Positions 44,733 to 53,808 of a stretch of DNA of 64,000 nt are shown piece by piece (position 1 is the first letter of the stretch; every line of letters starts with the position of its first letter). The stretch is from positions 9,616-73,615 of the IMG/VR virus record IMGVR_UViG_3300038393_001263; one strand, 5' to 3'. The notes under the pieces were generated by a model. The model ran no database searches. It saw only the letters and a program-made list of their open reading frames with translations, and had not been told where the DNA came from. The DNA comes from a virus. Taxonomy: Duplodnaviria > Caudoviricetes. The position numbers were made by a program, and so were the translations under genes.

Positions 44733-45920
44733 TTGGCATCGACCGAGATTGCATTGAACCCCAGGGTCGTGGGCATGAAGAAATTCCTCATGTCCCAGGT
44801 CGACGAGATCAAAAAGGCGTCGCCGGAATCCCTTTCGCCGATGAAGTTGATCGAGGTCGCGAGCGTCTGCGCCTATCGCAACCCGACGCTGCTCGATTGC
44901 GAACCGGAGTCGCTGCTGACAGCCGTCTTGCAGGCCACTTCGCTCGGCCTGGACATCAACCCGACGACGGGCGAGGTCTATCTGATCCCTCGCAGGAACG
45001 GCCGGGCTAATGTCATGGAAGTCCAGTTCCAGCCCGGATATCGCGGCCTCGTGAAGTTGGCTCGCCAGGCGGGCGGAATCAAGTACATCCAGGCCGACGT
45101 GGTTTATGAGAAAGACGTTTTCGAATACTACCGCGATCCGGACCTGAAGTTCCGCCATGTGCCGTTCCGAGGCGCAGACAAGGGCGACGTCACCGACGTC
45201 TACGCCGTGGCGAAGTTCACCAACGACGAGTATCAGATCGTCGTTTTAGCGAAGGACGAAGTCGAATTGATCCGTGGTCGTTCGCAGTCGGCCAAGTCCG
45301 GCCCTTGGGTCACGGACTGGAACGAGATGGCCAAGAAGTCTGCTCTGAAAAGGCTGTGCAAGACACTGCCGGTCGGAACCAATTCCAAGGTCGCCGAAGC
45401 CTTGGCGCAAGCCATCGACATCGACAACAGCGACTACGACAACAGCGATTCCCATCACGCCAAGAACTTCGACAACAAGACCGGCAATGGGACCGGCGCA
45501 TACGCCAGCGCCGAGGACGTGAAGGCGTACGAGGCTTGGTACAAGGAAAAGGTCGCCGAGTTCAACAACAGGTGGATTGCGTTCAACACTAAGGCGGACG
45601 GCGAGATCGACCCCGAAGCCGGCGAGGTCTTAAACGCCTTCCAGGCCGCGACGCAACTCTATCGCTTCGCTCAATCCACCGGCCTCATCAACGCTCCCCT
45701 CGAACCTCGCGCCGGACAGCGAGACAAGTTCGCGGCCGTCGCCTTCGTCAATGACTTCGACGCGATGGACGCCGAGCTGACGCGGTTTGCCCGCGAGCAA
45801 GCAGCCAAGGCCAAGGCGAAACTCGGCAAGTCCAAGACAGCCGTCGAAGCCCCGAAGCAAGCGGGCGACGATGAGTACGTCGGCGAAGGGCGCGAGCCGG
45901 GGTGCGACGATGACAAGTGA
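44733..45920 (+). CDS. recT: RecT-family single-strand annealing protein
   Basis: LLTAVLQATSLGLDINP..GEVYLIP, PGYRGLVKLARQAG, EMAKKSALKRLCKTLP. Confidence 0.9.
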   Translation: MASTEIALNPRVVGMKKFLMSQVDEIKKASPESLSPMKLIEVASVCAYRNPTLLDCEPESLLTAVLQATSLGLDINPTTGEVYLIPRRNGRANVMEVQFQPGYRGLVKLARQAGGIKYIQADVVYEKDVFEYYRDPDLKFRHVPFRGADKGDVTDVYAVAKFTNDEYQIVVLAKDEVELIRGRSQSAKSGPWVTDWNEMAKKSALKRLCKTLPVGTNSKVAEALAQAIDIDNSDYDNSDSHHAKNFDNKTGNGTGAYASAEDVKAYEAWYKEKVAEFNNRWIAFNTKADGEIDPEAGEVLNAFQAATQLYRFAQSTGLINAPLEPRAGQRDKFAAVAFVNDFDAMDAELTRFAREQAAKAKAKLGKSKTAVEAPKQAGDDEYVGEGREPGCDDDK

Positions 45921-46419
45921 CAACGACACGATCCTGATCATCAAGGAAGCCGGCGGCGGCCATACGGTCGTCGTCGGTGGGCTCCACTACGCCGATGGAC
46001 TCGCGAAGGACGAATGCCTCGGTGTGGTGGCGTCCGTGCTCTACACCGGCAATGCGCCGTATGTTCGTTCGCCTCGCGACTACGCCAATGAACTCAAGAG
46101 GCGAACGGAACAGATGGCCAAGCCTGAATCATTCGACTTCACGATTTAGGAGCCGTTCATGGGCAACTGGAAGTGCCGACTCTTCGGCCATCGAGACATC
46201 GACCCGGAAGCGATCTACGATCCGTTCATCTGCAAGTGGTGCGGGGTTTGTGAATACGACGAGGATTGCTTCCAGCCGTGGCACATCGAGGTCTATCACC
46301 TGACGCGATTCCGTCTGAAGAACTGGCTCAAATCGTGGAAACTGTGGTTTCAACGTTGCCCGGACTGCAAGCGGCGGATCGGGCGATGCGACCAGAACAT
46401 CGATCACATCCCGTTCTAG
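45910..46419 (+). other. two small ORFs (45910-46149, 46159-46419)
   Basis: second is Cys-rich (CRLFGH, CKWCG, CPDC). Confidence 0.5.
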
Positions 46420-46427
46420 GAATTCAC

Positions 46428-46769
46428 ATGATTGACATTACGAAACTCAGGCCAGGCGATCGCATTATGTGGCCCACTACTGCCGCAGCGGTCCAGGGCC
46501 TCAAGCCTGGCGATGTGTTTACGGTCGACGATCCTCCGACGAAGTTGATTGCCGGGATGAGGATCGCGGTTCGCGGGATTGACGTCGATGGAGCGTCAAT
46601 CCTGATTGATCCAACGCACTTCGTTCTATGCTCCGAGTCGGATTCCTCGTTTGCCGACGGCCGAATTGAGAAAGGCCCATCATCGTGTTTCTGCGATCTC
46701 ATGTCCCTCATGCGAGTCGGCTGCCAGTGCGGCCATATGGCGCGGGAAAGGGAGGCGAGACTTGGTTGA
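46428..46769 (+). CDS. small beta-barrel-like protein, paralog A
   Basis: LRPGDRI...GDVFTVDDPPT. Confidence 0.55.
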   Translation: MIDITKLRPGDRIMWPTTAAAVQGLKPGDVFTVDDPPTKLIAGMRIAVRGIDVDGASILIDPTHFVLCSESDSSFADGRIEKGPSSCFCDLMSLMRVGCQCGHMAREREARLG

Positions 46770-47004
46770 TCTCGAAACCATCAGGCCGGGCGACCACGTT
46801 GCGGCGATCGTCCACGAGAAAAGCGTCTGTTACGCCGATTGCGACGGCCACCAATTCACCATCCAAAACGGCGAGGTCTTTGTCGTCGCCGATCCGCCGA
46901 CTGACAATCGGAGAAGGCACGCAAGGCTTATCGACGACCGTTCGCCGCGCGGATACTTCCTGTCCGCCCCTCATCACCTGAACCGCATGGAGCCTGCTGA
47001 ATGA
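46762..47004 (+). CDS. small beta-barrel-like protein, paralog B
   Basis: IRPGDHV...GEVFVVADPPT. Confidence 0.55.
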   Translation: MVDLETIRPGDHVAAIVHEKSVCYADCDGHQFTIQNGEVFVVADPPTDNRRRHARLIDDRSPRGYFLSAPHHLNRMEPAE

Positions 47005-47291
47005 ACGACATCTGCGAACCTCCGTTTGAGACGGCAGAGGAGTCATTCTTAGAGCCTATCTGGGGGCCATATCAACACACTGACAACGAACTCCGCTTGA
47101 TGTGGTCCTTGCTGTGGGTTCAATTCAAGAGCAGGAAGATGTGCCGGGAGTTTATGCATTACAACCGACTCTGCACGATCCCAGAATGGCGAGAAGCGTT
47201 ATCGATCGCCGCTTCGCAAAACCCTGATTTCTCCAGCCTGAGATACGTCGTGAGGATCGCACAGAACAGGCGATGGGAGGCGAGGCGATGA
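47001..47291 (+). CDS. DnaD-C-like replication protein, paralog A
   Basis: ELRLMWS..W...EWREAL..A...LRYVVRIAQN. Confidence 0.5.
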   Translation: MNDICEPPFETAEESFLEPIWGPYQHTDNELRLMWSLLWVQFKSRKMCREFMHYNRLCTIPEWREALSIAASQNPDFSSLRYVVRIAQNRRWEARR

Positions 47292-47572
47292 AACGCGACA
47301 CGTCGACTCCTCTCTTCTCGCTCATCGACCACCTTCCCGCGACGGACCCGAACGTTGCGACCGACGCCCGACGACGATTGTCGGGCCAAAACAAGAAAAT
47401 CCTCGATCGACTCAAGGAAGGCCCCGTGCGCCTTCGCGAGTTGTGCTCGATCGCCGCCAAGTACACCAGCCGGATCAGCGATCTTCGCAAGGCCGGTTGT
47501 GTAATCGAGTGCAAGCCTCAGCCCGACGGCAACTCGATCTACACGCTCGTCAGCAGTCCGTCTTACCTCTAA
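47288..47572 (+). CDS. winged-helix DNA-binding protein
   Basis: KILDRLKEGPVRLREL...YTSRISDLRKAGCVIEC. Confidence 0.75.
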   Translation: MKRDTSTPLFSLIDHLPATDPNVATDARRRLSGQNKKILDRLKEGPVRLRELCSIAAKYTSRISDLRKAGCVIECKPQPDGNSIYTLVSSPSYL

Positions 47573-47642
47573 GCCTTCCTCGTGCATTCATCCCGATCCC
47601 ACATCAAGCCCCGCTCACACGGGGCTACGGGGGCGCATTGTC

Positions 47643-48170
47643 ATGTCGGCAGTATTGAAGCCGAAAACCATCCCCATTCGCGCCGTCGAGCCTTTGCCCG
47701 ACGAGCCGCCGTTCATCACCGACGCGGAGCGGTTCTACCCTCCGGTCTCCGGGAAGTACGCGCATGACGAATCCGAACTGAGGACGATGTGGTCACGCAT
47801 CTGGCGATGCTTTCGCAACCGCAGGTTATGCGAGGGATTCCTGGACAGATGCCAACTCCATTCGATGGAGATTTGGGCGCAGGCGTTCGAGTATGTCCGC
47901 CAGAGGAAAGATCCGGGGTTCGAGATCATCGCCTACATCGATGCGATCGCCTACGGGTTCGAGCGGGAAGGCACGCCCGAACAGAAGGCCATAAAGAAGG
48001 CCGAGATGGAGGAGCAGGCCAGGAAGGCGGTTGGACCCCAGGTCATCGACCCCGAAGATCCCGACATCAAGGCGTTCGAGAAGCGGTACAACACGATGAC
48101 GCAGGAAACCATAGCCGAGAACCCGGTCTTCCTTCGTTACAAGAATCGCAACCGAGGCGTCAGCGAGTGA
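47643..48170 (+). CDS. DnaD-C-like replication protein, paralog B
   Basis: ELRTMWSRIW...EIWAQAFEYV...IAYIDAIAYG; directly before dnaB. Confidence 0.5.
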   Translation: MSAVLKPKTIPIRAVEPLPDEPPFITDAERFYPPVSGKYAHDESELRTMWSRIWRCFRNRRLCEGFLDRCQLHSMEIWAQAFEYVRQRKDPGFEIIAYIDAIAYGFEREGTPEQKAIKKAEMEEQARKAVGPQVIDPEDPDIKAFEKRYNTMTQETIAENPVFLRYKNRNRGVSE

Positions 48171-48177
48171 GCGAGCA

Positions 48178-49629
48178 ATGTCTTTCGATCGGCCTCGGTA
48201 TGGAGTCGTGCGCGATGAACGGAAAGATGATCTACGCAACGAAGCCGACCGGCTTCCGCCCCAGAACCTCGAAGCCGAGCGGTGCGTCCTCGGCGCGATC
48301 ATGCTCGACAACAACGTCTTCGACGACGTAATCGACCACATCAAGGGGCCAGACGATTTCTATCGCAAGGCCCATAAGGTCGTTTACGAGCAGATGCTCT
48401 GGATGCGCGAGAACGGCAGGGCGATCGACGCCGTCACGCTCCCCGACAGGCTGACCCAACTCGGCGAGTACGAACGCATCGGGGGCGATGAACTCCTCGC
48501 GGAGATATCCAACAGCGTCCCCCACGCCGCTAACGCGCGATATCACGCCGACATCGTCCGCCAAAAATCGGTCAGCCGCCAACTGATCCAGATGGCGACT
48601 GAAATCATCAAGGACGGTTATTCCAATGCCTACGCATCGGATGAACTCCTGGACAACGCCGAGAAGCGCGTCTTTTCGATCCGCGACAAGCAGGTTTCCA
48701 GGGGGACGGTGGGGATTATGCAGGCGGTCGACGAAGCATTGTTGATGATGGACAAGGTCAAGAACAGCGGCGAGGTCAACTGGCTGCTGACCGGGATACC
48801 ACCGCTCGACAAGATCCTCATGGGTCTCCACGGCGGTCAGCTCATCATCATGGCGGGTCGGCCCGGCGCGGGGAAGAGTGCGTTCGCGGCCCAGGTTTGC
48901 GCCCATATCGCCGGGGGCCAGCACGAGAGCACGCTCCTGATCAGCCTGGAAATGCTGAACGTCGAGTTCGCTCGACGGATGATCGCGGCCGGCGCGGGCA
49001 TCAACTCGAAGGTGATGAAGAGTCCCAAGAAGTTGAGCGACGCGCAGGCCGAGAAGATCAACGAAGCCGCCGGAAAGGTGGCGATCACCAGGCTTCGCAT
49101 CGACGACACGCCGGGACAGAGCCTTATGCAGATCGCCGCGAACGCACGGCGATGGAAGCGCAAGGACAACCTCGGCCTTCTCGTTGTCGACTACCTCCAG
49201 AAGATCAAGGAGCCCATGCAGAAGGGCGAGGGCCGCCATACGGTCGTCGGTCGGATCTCCACCGGCCTCAAGAATCTCGCCAAGGAACTCAACATCCCGA
49301 TCATCGCGCTGGCTCAGTTGAACCGCGACATGGAGAAGGACAAGCGGGCTCCGCAGATGTCCGACATCAGGGAGAGCGGTGATATCGAGGCCGACGCGGA
49401 CGTCATCCTCCTGCTCCACAACCGCACGCCGAAAGGTCAAGAGGTCGGCCCCGTCGACATCATCGTGGCCAAGAACCGCGACGGCGAGGAAGGCATCGTC
49501 GGCACGATCTTCGACCGACCGACAAGCACGTTCACGGCCATTGCGGCGTCGGGCCAGCAAGAGGCCGCCAGCCACAATCCTATCCTGGATTCCGGGTTCG
49601 ACGACAACGGCGAGTTTGCATTCCTATGA
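48178..49629 (+). CDS. dnaB: replicative DNA helicase DnaB
   Basis: PPQNLEAERCVLG, Walker A AGRPGAGKS, SLEM, VVDYLQ, LAQLNR, SDIRESGDIEADAD. Confidence 0.95.
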   Translation: MSFDRPRYGVVRDERKDDLRNEADRLPPQNLEAERCVLGAIMLDNNVFDDVIDHIKGPDDFYRKAHKVVYEQMLWMRENGRAIDAVTLPDRLTQLGEYERIGGDELLAEISNSVPHAANARYHADIVRQKSVSRQLIQMATEIIKDGYSNAYASDELLDNAEKRVFSIRDKQVSRGTVGIMQAVDEALLMMDKVKNSGEVNWLLTGIPPLDKILMGLHGGQLIIMAGRPGAGKSAFAAQVCAHIAGGQHESTLLISLEMLNVEFARRMIAAGAGINSKVMKSPKKLSDAQAEKINEAAGKVAITRLRIDDTPGQSLMQIAANARRWKRKDNLGLLVVDYLQKIKEPMQKGEGRHTVVGRISTGLKNLAKELNIPIIALAQLNRDMEKDKRAPQMSDIRESGDIEADADVILLLHNRTPKGQEVGPVDIIVAKNRDGEEGIVGTIFDRPTSTFTAIAASGQQEAASHNPILDSGFDDNGEFAFL

Positions 49630-50192
49630 AAACAACCAAGGCGAAGAAGCCGAAGAAGAAGCCGACGTACGCCCCCCTGCCCTGCGGCACCGTCCTGATG
49701 GCGTTGGACGTGTCGTCCAGCGTCACGGGTTGGGCGGTCGGCCTCATCACCGAAAACCGGCGCGTCGAGCACGTCGAGTTCGGCCTCCTCAAGCCGACTC
49801 AGTCGTGGCCGTCGACCAGGCGGATCGACTGGATGCGGGAGGAGATCCTGCGTCTCATCATGGATCACGAGCCGACCGCCGGCTGCCTCGAATGGCAGTC
49901 GCACAAGCGGACGCACGTTTCCGTTCAGGGACTTGCCGTGCTCGGACAAAGCCAGGGAATCTTGTTCGCCGCGATGTCGGATTGCATCCCGACGGACAGG
50001 GTCAGCGAACGCGAGTGGACCAAGACCAACGGCCGCAACATCTCGAAGGCGTCGAGATGCGAGTACGTCAAGGCCGTCGTCCCCGAGTACCTCCGGCGCA
50101 CGGAGGACGACCCCGGTTTCGACATCGGCAAAGACGCCGCTGACGCGCTCGGCCTCTTATTATGGAGAGCCAACGTCGGCGAGTCGAGTTGA
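49626..50192 (+). CDS. RuvC-like Holliday junction resolvase
   Basis: MALDVSSSVTGWA, GCLEWQ, DAADAL. Confidence 0.75.
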   Translation: MKTTKAKKPKKKPTYAPLPCGTVLMALDVSSSVTGWAVGLITENRRVEHVEFGLLKPTQSWPSTRRIDWMREEILRLIMDHEPTAGCLEWQSHKRTHVSVQGLAVLGQSQGILFAAMSDCIPTDRVSEREWTKTNGRNISKASRCEYVKAVVPEYLRRTEDDPGFDIGKDAADALGLLLWRANVGESS

Positions 50193-50271
50193 AACCAAGA
50201 AACACCAATGATCGAAAGGCACGATCAATGCTGCCGAAATCGGACTGGTTCTTTGACACAAGGGGCACGAC

Positions 50272-50778
50272 ATGAAACCGACGAAGGATTCCCGATCCAC
50301 CCTCTACGACGCACATTGCCAGGAACTCACGCCAGCCAACCGCAGCCAATACCGCCAGGTCGCCGCGATCGACAAGGCGAGCGGCGTCAGGACGACGACA
50401 TTCCAGGAATACAAGGACGAACTGCGCAAGCAGGGCAACATCGGCATCGCCATCAGCCTGGACGGCGAGATCGTCGGCTACGCGATGGTACGGCTGACCT
50501 CGATCAAGGTGACGCTCAATCACATGGTCGTCGCGCCGGAATACCGCCGGCGCAACGTCGCCCGCATGCTGCTGCGGTGCATCGACGAGAAGCTTCTGAA
50601 GGCGAAACGCGTACTGGAGTTCGTCGTTCGCGAGGACGACATGGACTCGCTGATGTTCCTGAAGGCGTGCGGGATCGAGGCGACGGGCGAGGTGTTGCCG
50701 GGGGTTGAGCGAGACAGTTTTGTGTTTGTCACGCGCGGTGGATTTAGCAAAGGGTTTCCCGAGTTCAAAGGAGAGTGA
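50272..50778 (+). CDS. GNAT (RimI-like) acetyltransferase
   Basis: GEIVGYAM, MVVAPEYRRRNVARMLL, FVVREDDMDSLMFLKACG. Confidence 0.8.
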   Translation: MKPTKDSRSTLYDAHCQELTPANRSQYRQVAAIDKASGVRTTTFQEYKDELRKQGNIGIAISLDGEIVGYAMVRLTSIKVTLNHMVVAPEYRRRNVARMLLRCIDEKLLKAKRVLEFVVREDDMDSLMFLKACGIEATGEVLPGVERDSFVFVTRGGFSKGFPEFKGE

Positions 50779-50780
50779 GT

Positions 50781-50987
50781 ATGGGCGTCAAGCGAGAGGT
50801 CGGCGCGGCGGAACAGGTTCGGATCATGTCCGACACGTACGAACTGCCGTGCGTCACGGTGGCGAGCGGGCATTGGCAGGACGGCGACCGCGTGAAGTCG
50901 CGGGATATGCGCGATCTGGCGAATGTGTGGGCCGAGATCAGGGTTCTGGCCGAGAATTTCGACTTCAATTCGCGATTGAATCAATGA
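50781..50987 (+). CDS. hypothetical protein
   Basis: short ORF with GGAG SD. Confidence 0.45.
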   Translation: MGVKREVGAAEQVRIMSDTYELPCVTVASGHWQDGDRVKSRDMRDLANVWAEIRVLAENFDFNSRLNQ

Positions 50988-50996
50988 TAAATGGTC

Positions 50997-51025
50997 TTGA
51001 AATGGAAGACGACCCTCGTCATAAT
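50997..51025 (+). promoter_or_regulatory. sigma70-like promoter for csrA
   Basis: TTGAAA-17 nt-CATAAT; TCAATGAT box at 50981-50988. Confidence 0.65.
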
Positions 51026-51071
51026 GGCGAGGGTTGTTTCATTGATGGAGATTCAAGAGCAAGGAGGTTCG

Positions 51072-51251
51072 ATGCTGGTTCTGAGCAGGCGTGAGCAAGA
51101 GGCGATTGTCATCGCTGGGTCGATCGTCGTGAAGGTCTTGGAAGTGCGCTGCGGCGTCGTCCGACTGGGCATCGTCGCGGACAAGGATATCTCGGTCCAC
51201 CGCGAGGAGATCGAGGAGAAGATCGTAAGGGAAAGGAGAATGTTGGATTGA
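51072..51251 (+). CDS. csrA: carbon storage regulator CsrA/RsmA homolog
   Basis: MLVLSRREQEAIVI...VRLGIVADKDISVHREEI; AAGGAGG SD. Confidence 0.9.
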   Translation: MLVLSRREQEAIVIAGSIVVKVLEVRCGVVRLGIVADKDISVHREEIEEKIVRERRMLD

Positions 51252-52093
51252 GCGAGTCGAGTTCGGCGTCGCGATCAAGACCCCTGATCGACTTGGAAAT
51301 CCCGGAGCATGCATACTTCTTCGGGTTCATATCCGGGGATGGCCATTTGTGCCAAGGGGTCGGGCGTAAAGGCAACCTCTCCATAGAAATCGCCGCACGC
51401 GATCGGCCTTTACTGGAACGTTTCGCGGATCTGTTTCCGGTGAACAGCCGACTCAGCGAAAGGACGCGAGACACAAACTTCAAAAGAGCGCACACCTCAT
51501 GTTGCCTGACGATCTGCGCGGTTGAGTTTCGCGAGAAACTCATCGAACTAGGACTGCCGCATAGCAAGAAATCGGAAACAGTGGGAATTCCGAATGCGAA
51601 CTTCTCCGAGATCGATTTCTACCGAGGATTGATCGATGCGGATGGCTCTCTCGGGATGTCCAAGGAGGGTCGGCCATTCTTGACGCTGACGACGTCAAGC
51701 GACTCAATCGCCAGCCACTACAAGGAGTTTCTGCAAGGGATCACCGGAAAGCCCAGTAACACGAACAGGAACAAGCGAGACAATGTTTTCAACATCATGG
51801 TATGGCGAAATGACGCCAAGACGGCTGCCGAGCGTCTTTACTACAATGGTTGCTTGGCGTTACCGAGGAAACGCCTGATGGCTCAAACCATCAAGGAGTG
51901 GGTCAAGCCAAAAAGAGAACCTCAAGGCTCATATCCAAAGTGGACAGCCCAAGAGGATTCGATTCTGTCATCGAATTCGCTGCTGGATTGCCAACAGATG
52001 ATGTCCCATAGAACGCCCGCTGCGGTGCGGCTTCGGCATTACAAGTTGAGGCGTGCTGCGTACAAGGATATCAAGGATCCTTATAAGGACTGA
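51248..52093 (+). CDS. free-standing double-motif LAGLIDADG endonuclease
   Basis: YFFGFISGDG and FYRGLIDADG; lower GC. Confidence 0.85.
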   Translation: MSESSSASRSRPLIDLEIPEHAYFFGFISGDGHLCQGVGRKGNLSIEIAARDRPLLERFADLFPVNSRLSERTRDTNFKRAHTSCCLTICAVEFREKLIELGLPHSKKSETVGIPNANFSEIDFYRGLIDADGSLGMSKEGRPFLTLTTSSDSIASHYKEFLQGITGKPSNTNRNKRDNVFNIMVWRNDAKTAAERLYYNGCLALPRKRLMAQTIKEWVKPKREPQGSYPKWTAQEDSILSSNSLLDCQQMMSHRTPAAVRLRHYKLRRAAYKDIKDPYKD

Positions 52094-52096
52094 GCC

Positions 52097-52300
52097 ATCA
52101 TCCGTCAACCAATCCTCGGTCGCCTGGCCCGCCTGCATTACGCCGCGAAGAAGGTTCCGTTCTTCCCGCACCACGGGAAGGTCGGCCGCATCGTCATCGT
52201 GTCGCGCGGCAAGGGGCCGAGGAATGTGGGCGTGTTGATCGAGGGAAGGATCGTTTGCGTGGGCAGGGGGAATCTCGTGGCGGTGGAGGAAGAGGTGTGA
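52097..52300 (+). pseudogene. start-less coding-like ORF after the LAGLIDADG stop
   Basis: IIRQPILGRLARLHYAAKKVPFFPHHGKVGRIVIVSRGKGPRNVGVLIEGRIVCVGRGNLVAVEEEV; stop overlaps the methyltransferase GTG; no standard start in its N-terminal half. Confidence 0.45.
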
Positions 52301-53094
52301 GTCATCTGTTCGCGAAGGCTGACGCATGTCGTTTGCCCCTGGAATCAGGAAGCGTCGACCTGATCATCGGCTCGCCGCCGTACATGGATCGCCGAACCTA
52401 TGGCATCGGTGCGACGCGCCAGTGTGAGGATTGGGTCTCGTGGATGCTCGACGTGACCGAGGAAGCCTTACGCGTCACGAAGGGCGCGGTGATCTGGATC
52501 GTCGGCGGATCCACGAAGAAGCGTCGGTATCAGCCCGGCCCGGAAATGTTGCTCGCGGACGGATGGAGGCGCGGCTGGGGCATGGAAGCCCCCTGTTATT
52601 GGCATCGCTTCGGCATCAGCGGGTCGGGCGGTGATCAGTGGTTCCGCAAGAACATCGAATACTGCCTGTGTTTCAAGGCGGTCGACAAACTGCCGTGGTC
52701 GGACAATCTCGCTCGCGGCCACGCTCCGAAGTGCAAGCCGGGCGGCGCGGTGTCGCATCGCAAGGTCGACGGATCGCGCGTCGCCAACGGCAAGCGGATT
52801 GAAGTGAAGATCGCCAATCCGGGGAATCTGATCAACACGGGAGCGAGCGGAGGCGGGAACATCGGCGACCAACTCGCGCACGACAACGAAGCGCCGTTCC
52901 CAGAAGAGTTGGTGGATTTCTTCATCGCTTCGCTGTGCCCTCCGGGCGGAATCGTGTGTGATCCATTCAGCGGAAGTTTTACGACGACAAAAGTTGCTGT
53001 AGGTCTTGGTCGCAAGAGTATTGGTTTCGACATCAGGCTTAGTCAGTGCGAACTCGGCAAGCGAAGGATGTCGACGTTTGCCGCCGTATCTTGA
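52297..53094 (+). CDS. DNA N4-C/N6-A methyltransferase (beta class)
   Basis: catalytic SPPY precedes SAM-binding DPFSGS; HEAPFP-like DNEAPFPEELV. Confidence 0.9.
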   Translation: MSHLFAKADACRLPLESGSVDLIIGSPPYMDRRTYGIGATRQCEDWVSWMLDVTEEALRVTKGAVIWIVGGSTKKRRYQPGPEMLLADGWRRGWGMEAPCYWHRFGISGSGGDQWFRKNIEYCLCFKAVDKLPWSDNLARGHAPKCKPGGAVSHRKVDGSRVANGKRIEVKIANPGNLINTGASGGGNIGDQLAHDNEAPFPEELVDFFIASLCPPGGIVCDPFSGSFTTTKVAVGLGRKSIGFDIRLSQCELGKRRMSTFAAVS

Positions 53095-53101
53095 GGTCCA
53101 A

Positions 53102-53701
53102 ATGGAATCCAAATCGAATTCACAAATCAACGGATTGGATAGCCGATGCAGGGTTTGTGGGGTGCCAACAACGCCATTATCAAGGACCAGGCCGAGAGCT
53201 TTCTGCTCTCGTGAATGCGATCGCGCCTGGAGATCGCAGTCTTTCAGAGGGAACAAACATCGCGTTGGGTTGAAGCCGGCACACTCATTTCCCAAGGGCA
53301 ATGAGCCTTGGAATAAAGGCATGAAAGGAGTTCATTTTAGCCCGGAAACAGAATTCAAGCCTGGTCATTCCGGAACACGAACTTGTGATCTTGGCACAGT
53401 GACCATCCGCAAGGACAAAAGCGGAAACCCTCGGGCCTGGGTCAAAGTTTCAACGCCTGATGTCTGGGTTCCGCGAGCCGTTCTGAATTGGATCGCCTCT
53501 GGAAACTCAATTCCTTCTGGATGTGTTGTTCACCACGACAATCGCGACACCTTGGATGACAGCCTGTCGAACCTGCGGTGTGGCGATAGAGCTTCGCATC
53601 TCGAAGAACATCGAGAGGAACATATGGCGATCAAATTAGCCAAACGGCAGGCCGCCGAAGAGGTCCAATCTTCCGACCTGCCGTTGCCGCTGTTTGATTG
53701 A
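53102..53701 (+). CDS. HNH endonuclease
   Basis: CRVC/CSREC, WNKGMKG...TEFKPG, VVHHDNRDTLDDSLSNL. Confidence 0.8.
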   Translation: MESKSNSQINGLDSRCRVCGVPTTPLSRTRPRAFCSRECDRAWRSQSFRGNKHRVGLKPAHSFPKGNEPWNKGMKGVHFSPETEFKPGHSGTRTCDLGTVTIRKDKSGNPRAWVKVSTPDVWVPRAVLNWIASGNSIPSGCVVHHDNRDTLDDSLSNLRCGDRASHLEEHREEHMAIKLAKRQAAEEVQSSDLPLPLFD

Positions 53702-53808
53702 CACCACGGAGGAGCATCTTGAGCGACGATTCAGAACGAATCCTGTCCGACGAAGAGATCCGGCGTATGTTCATGCTGCTGTTGATCCAGCGCGAGGTCA
53801 AAAAAGAG

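Noticed and set aside
11163-49575. Long antisense or alternate-frame ORFs such as 11163-12698, 16840-18111, 26205-27767, 38656-40494 and 48232-49575
   Set aside because: Typical high-GC shadow ORFs of genes with clear motifs; no motifs of their own.
51200-52100. Group I intron around the LAGLIDADG ORF
   Set aside because: No non-coding space or recognisable P7/catalytic core sequence; the ORF directly abuts its neighbours.
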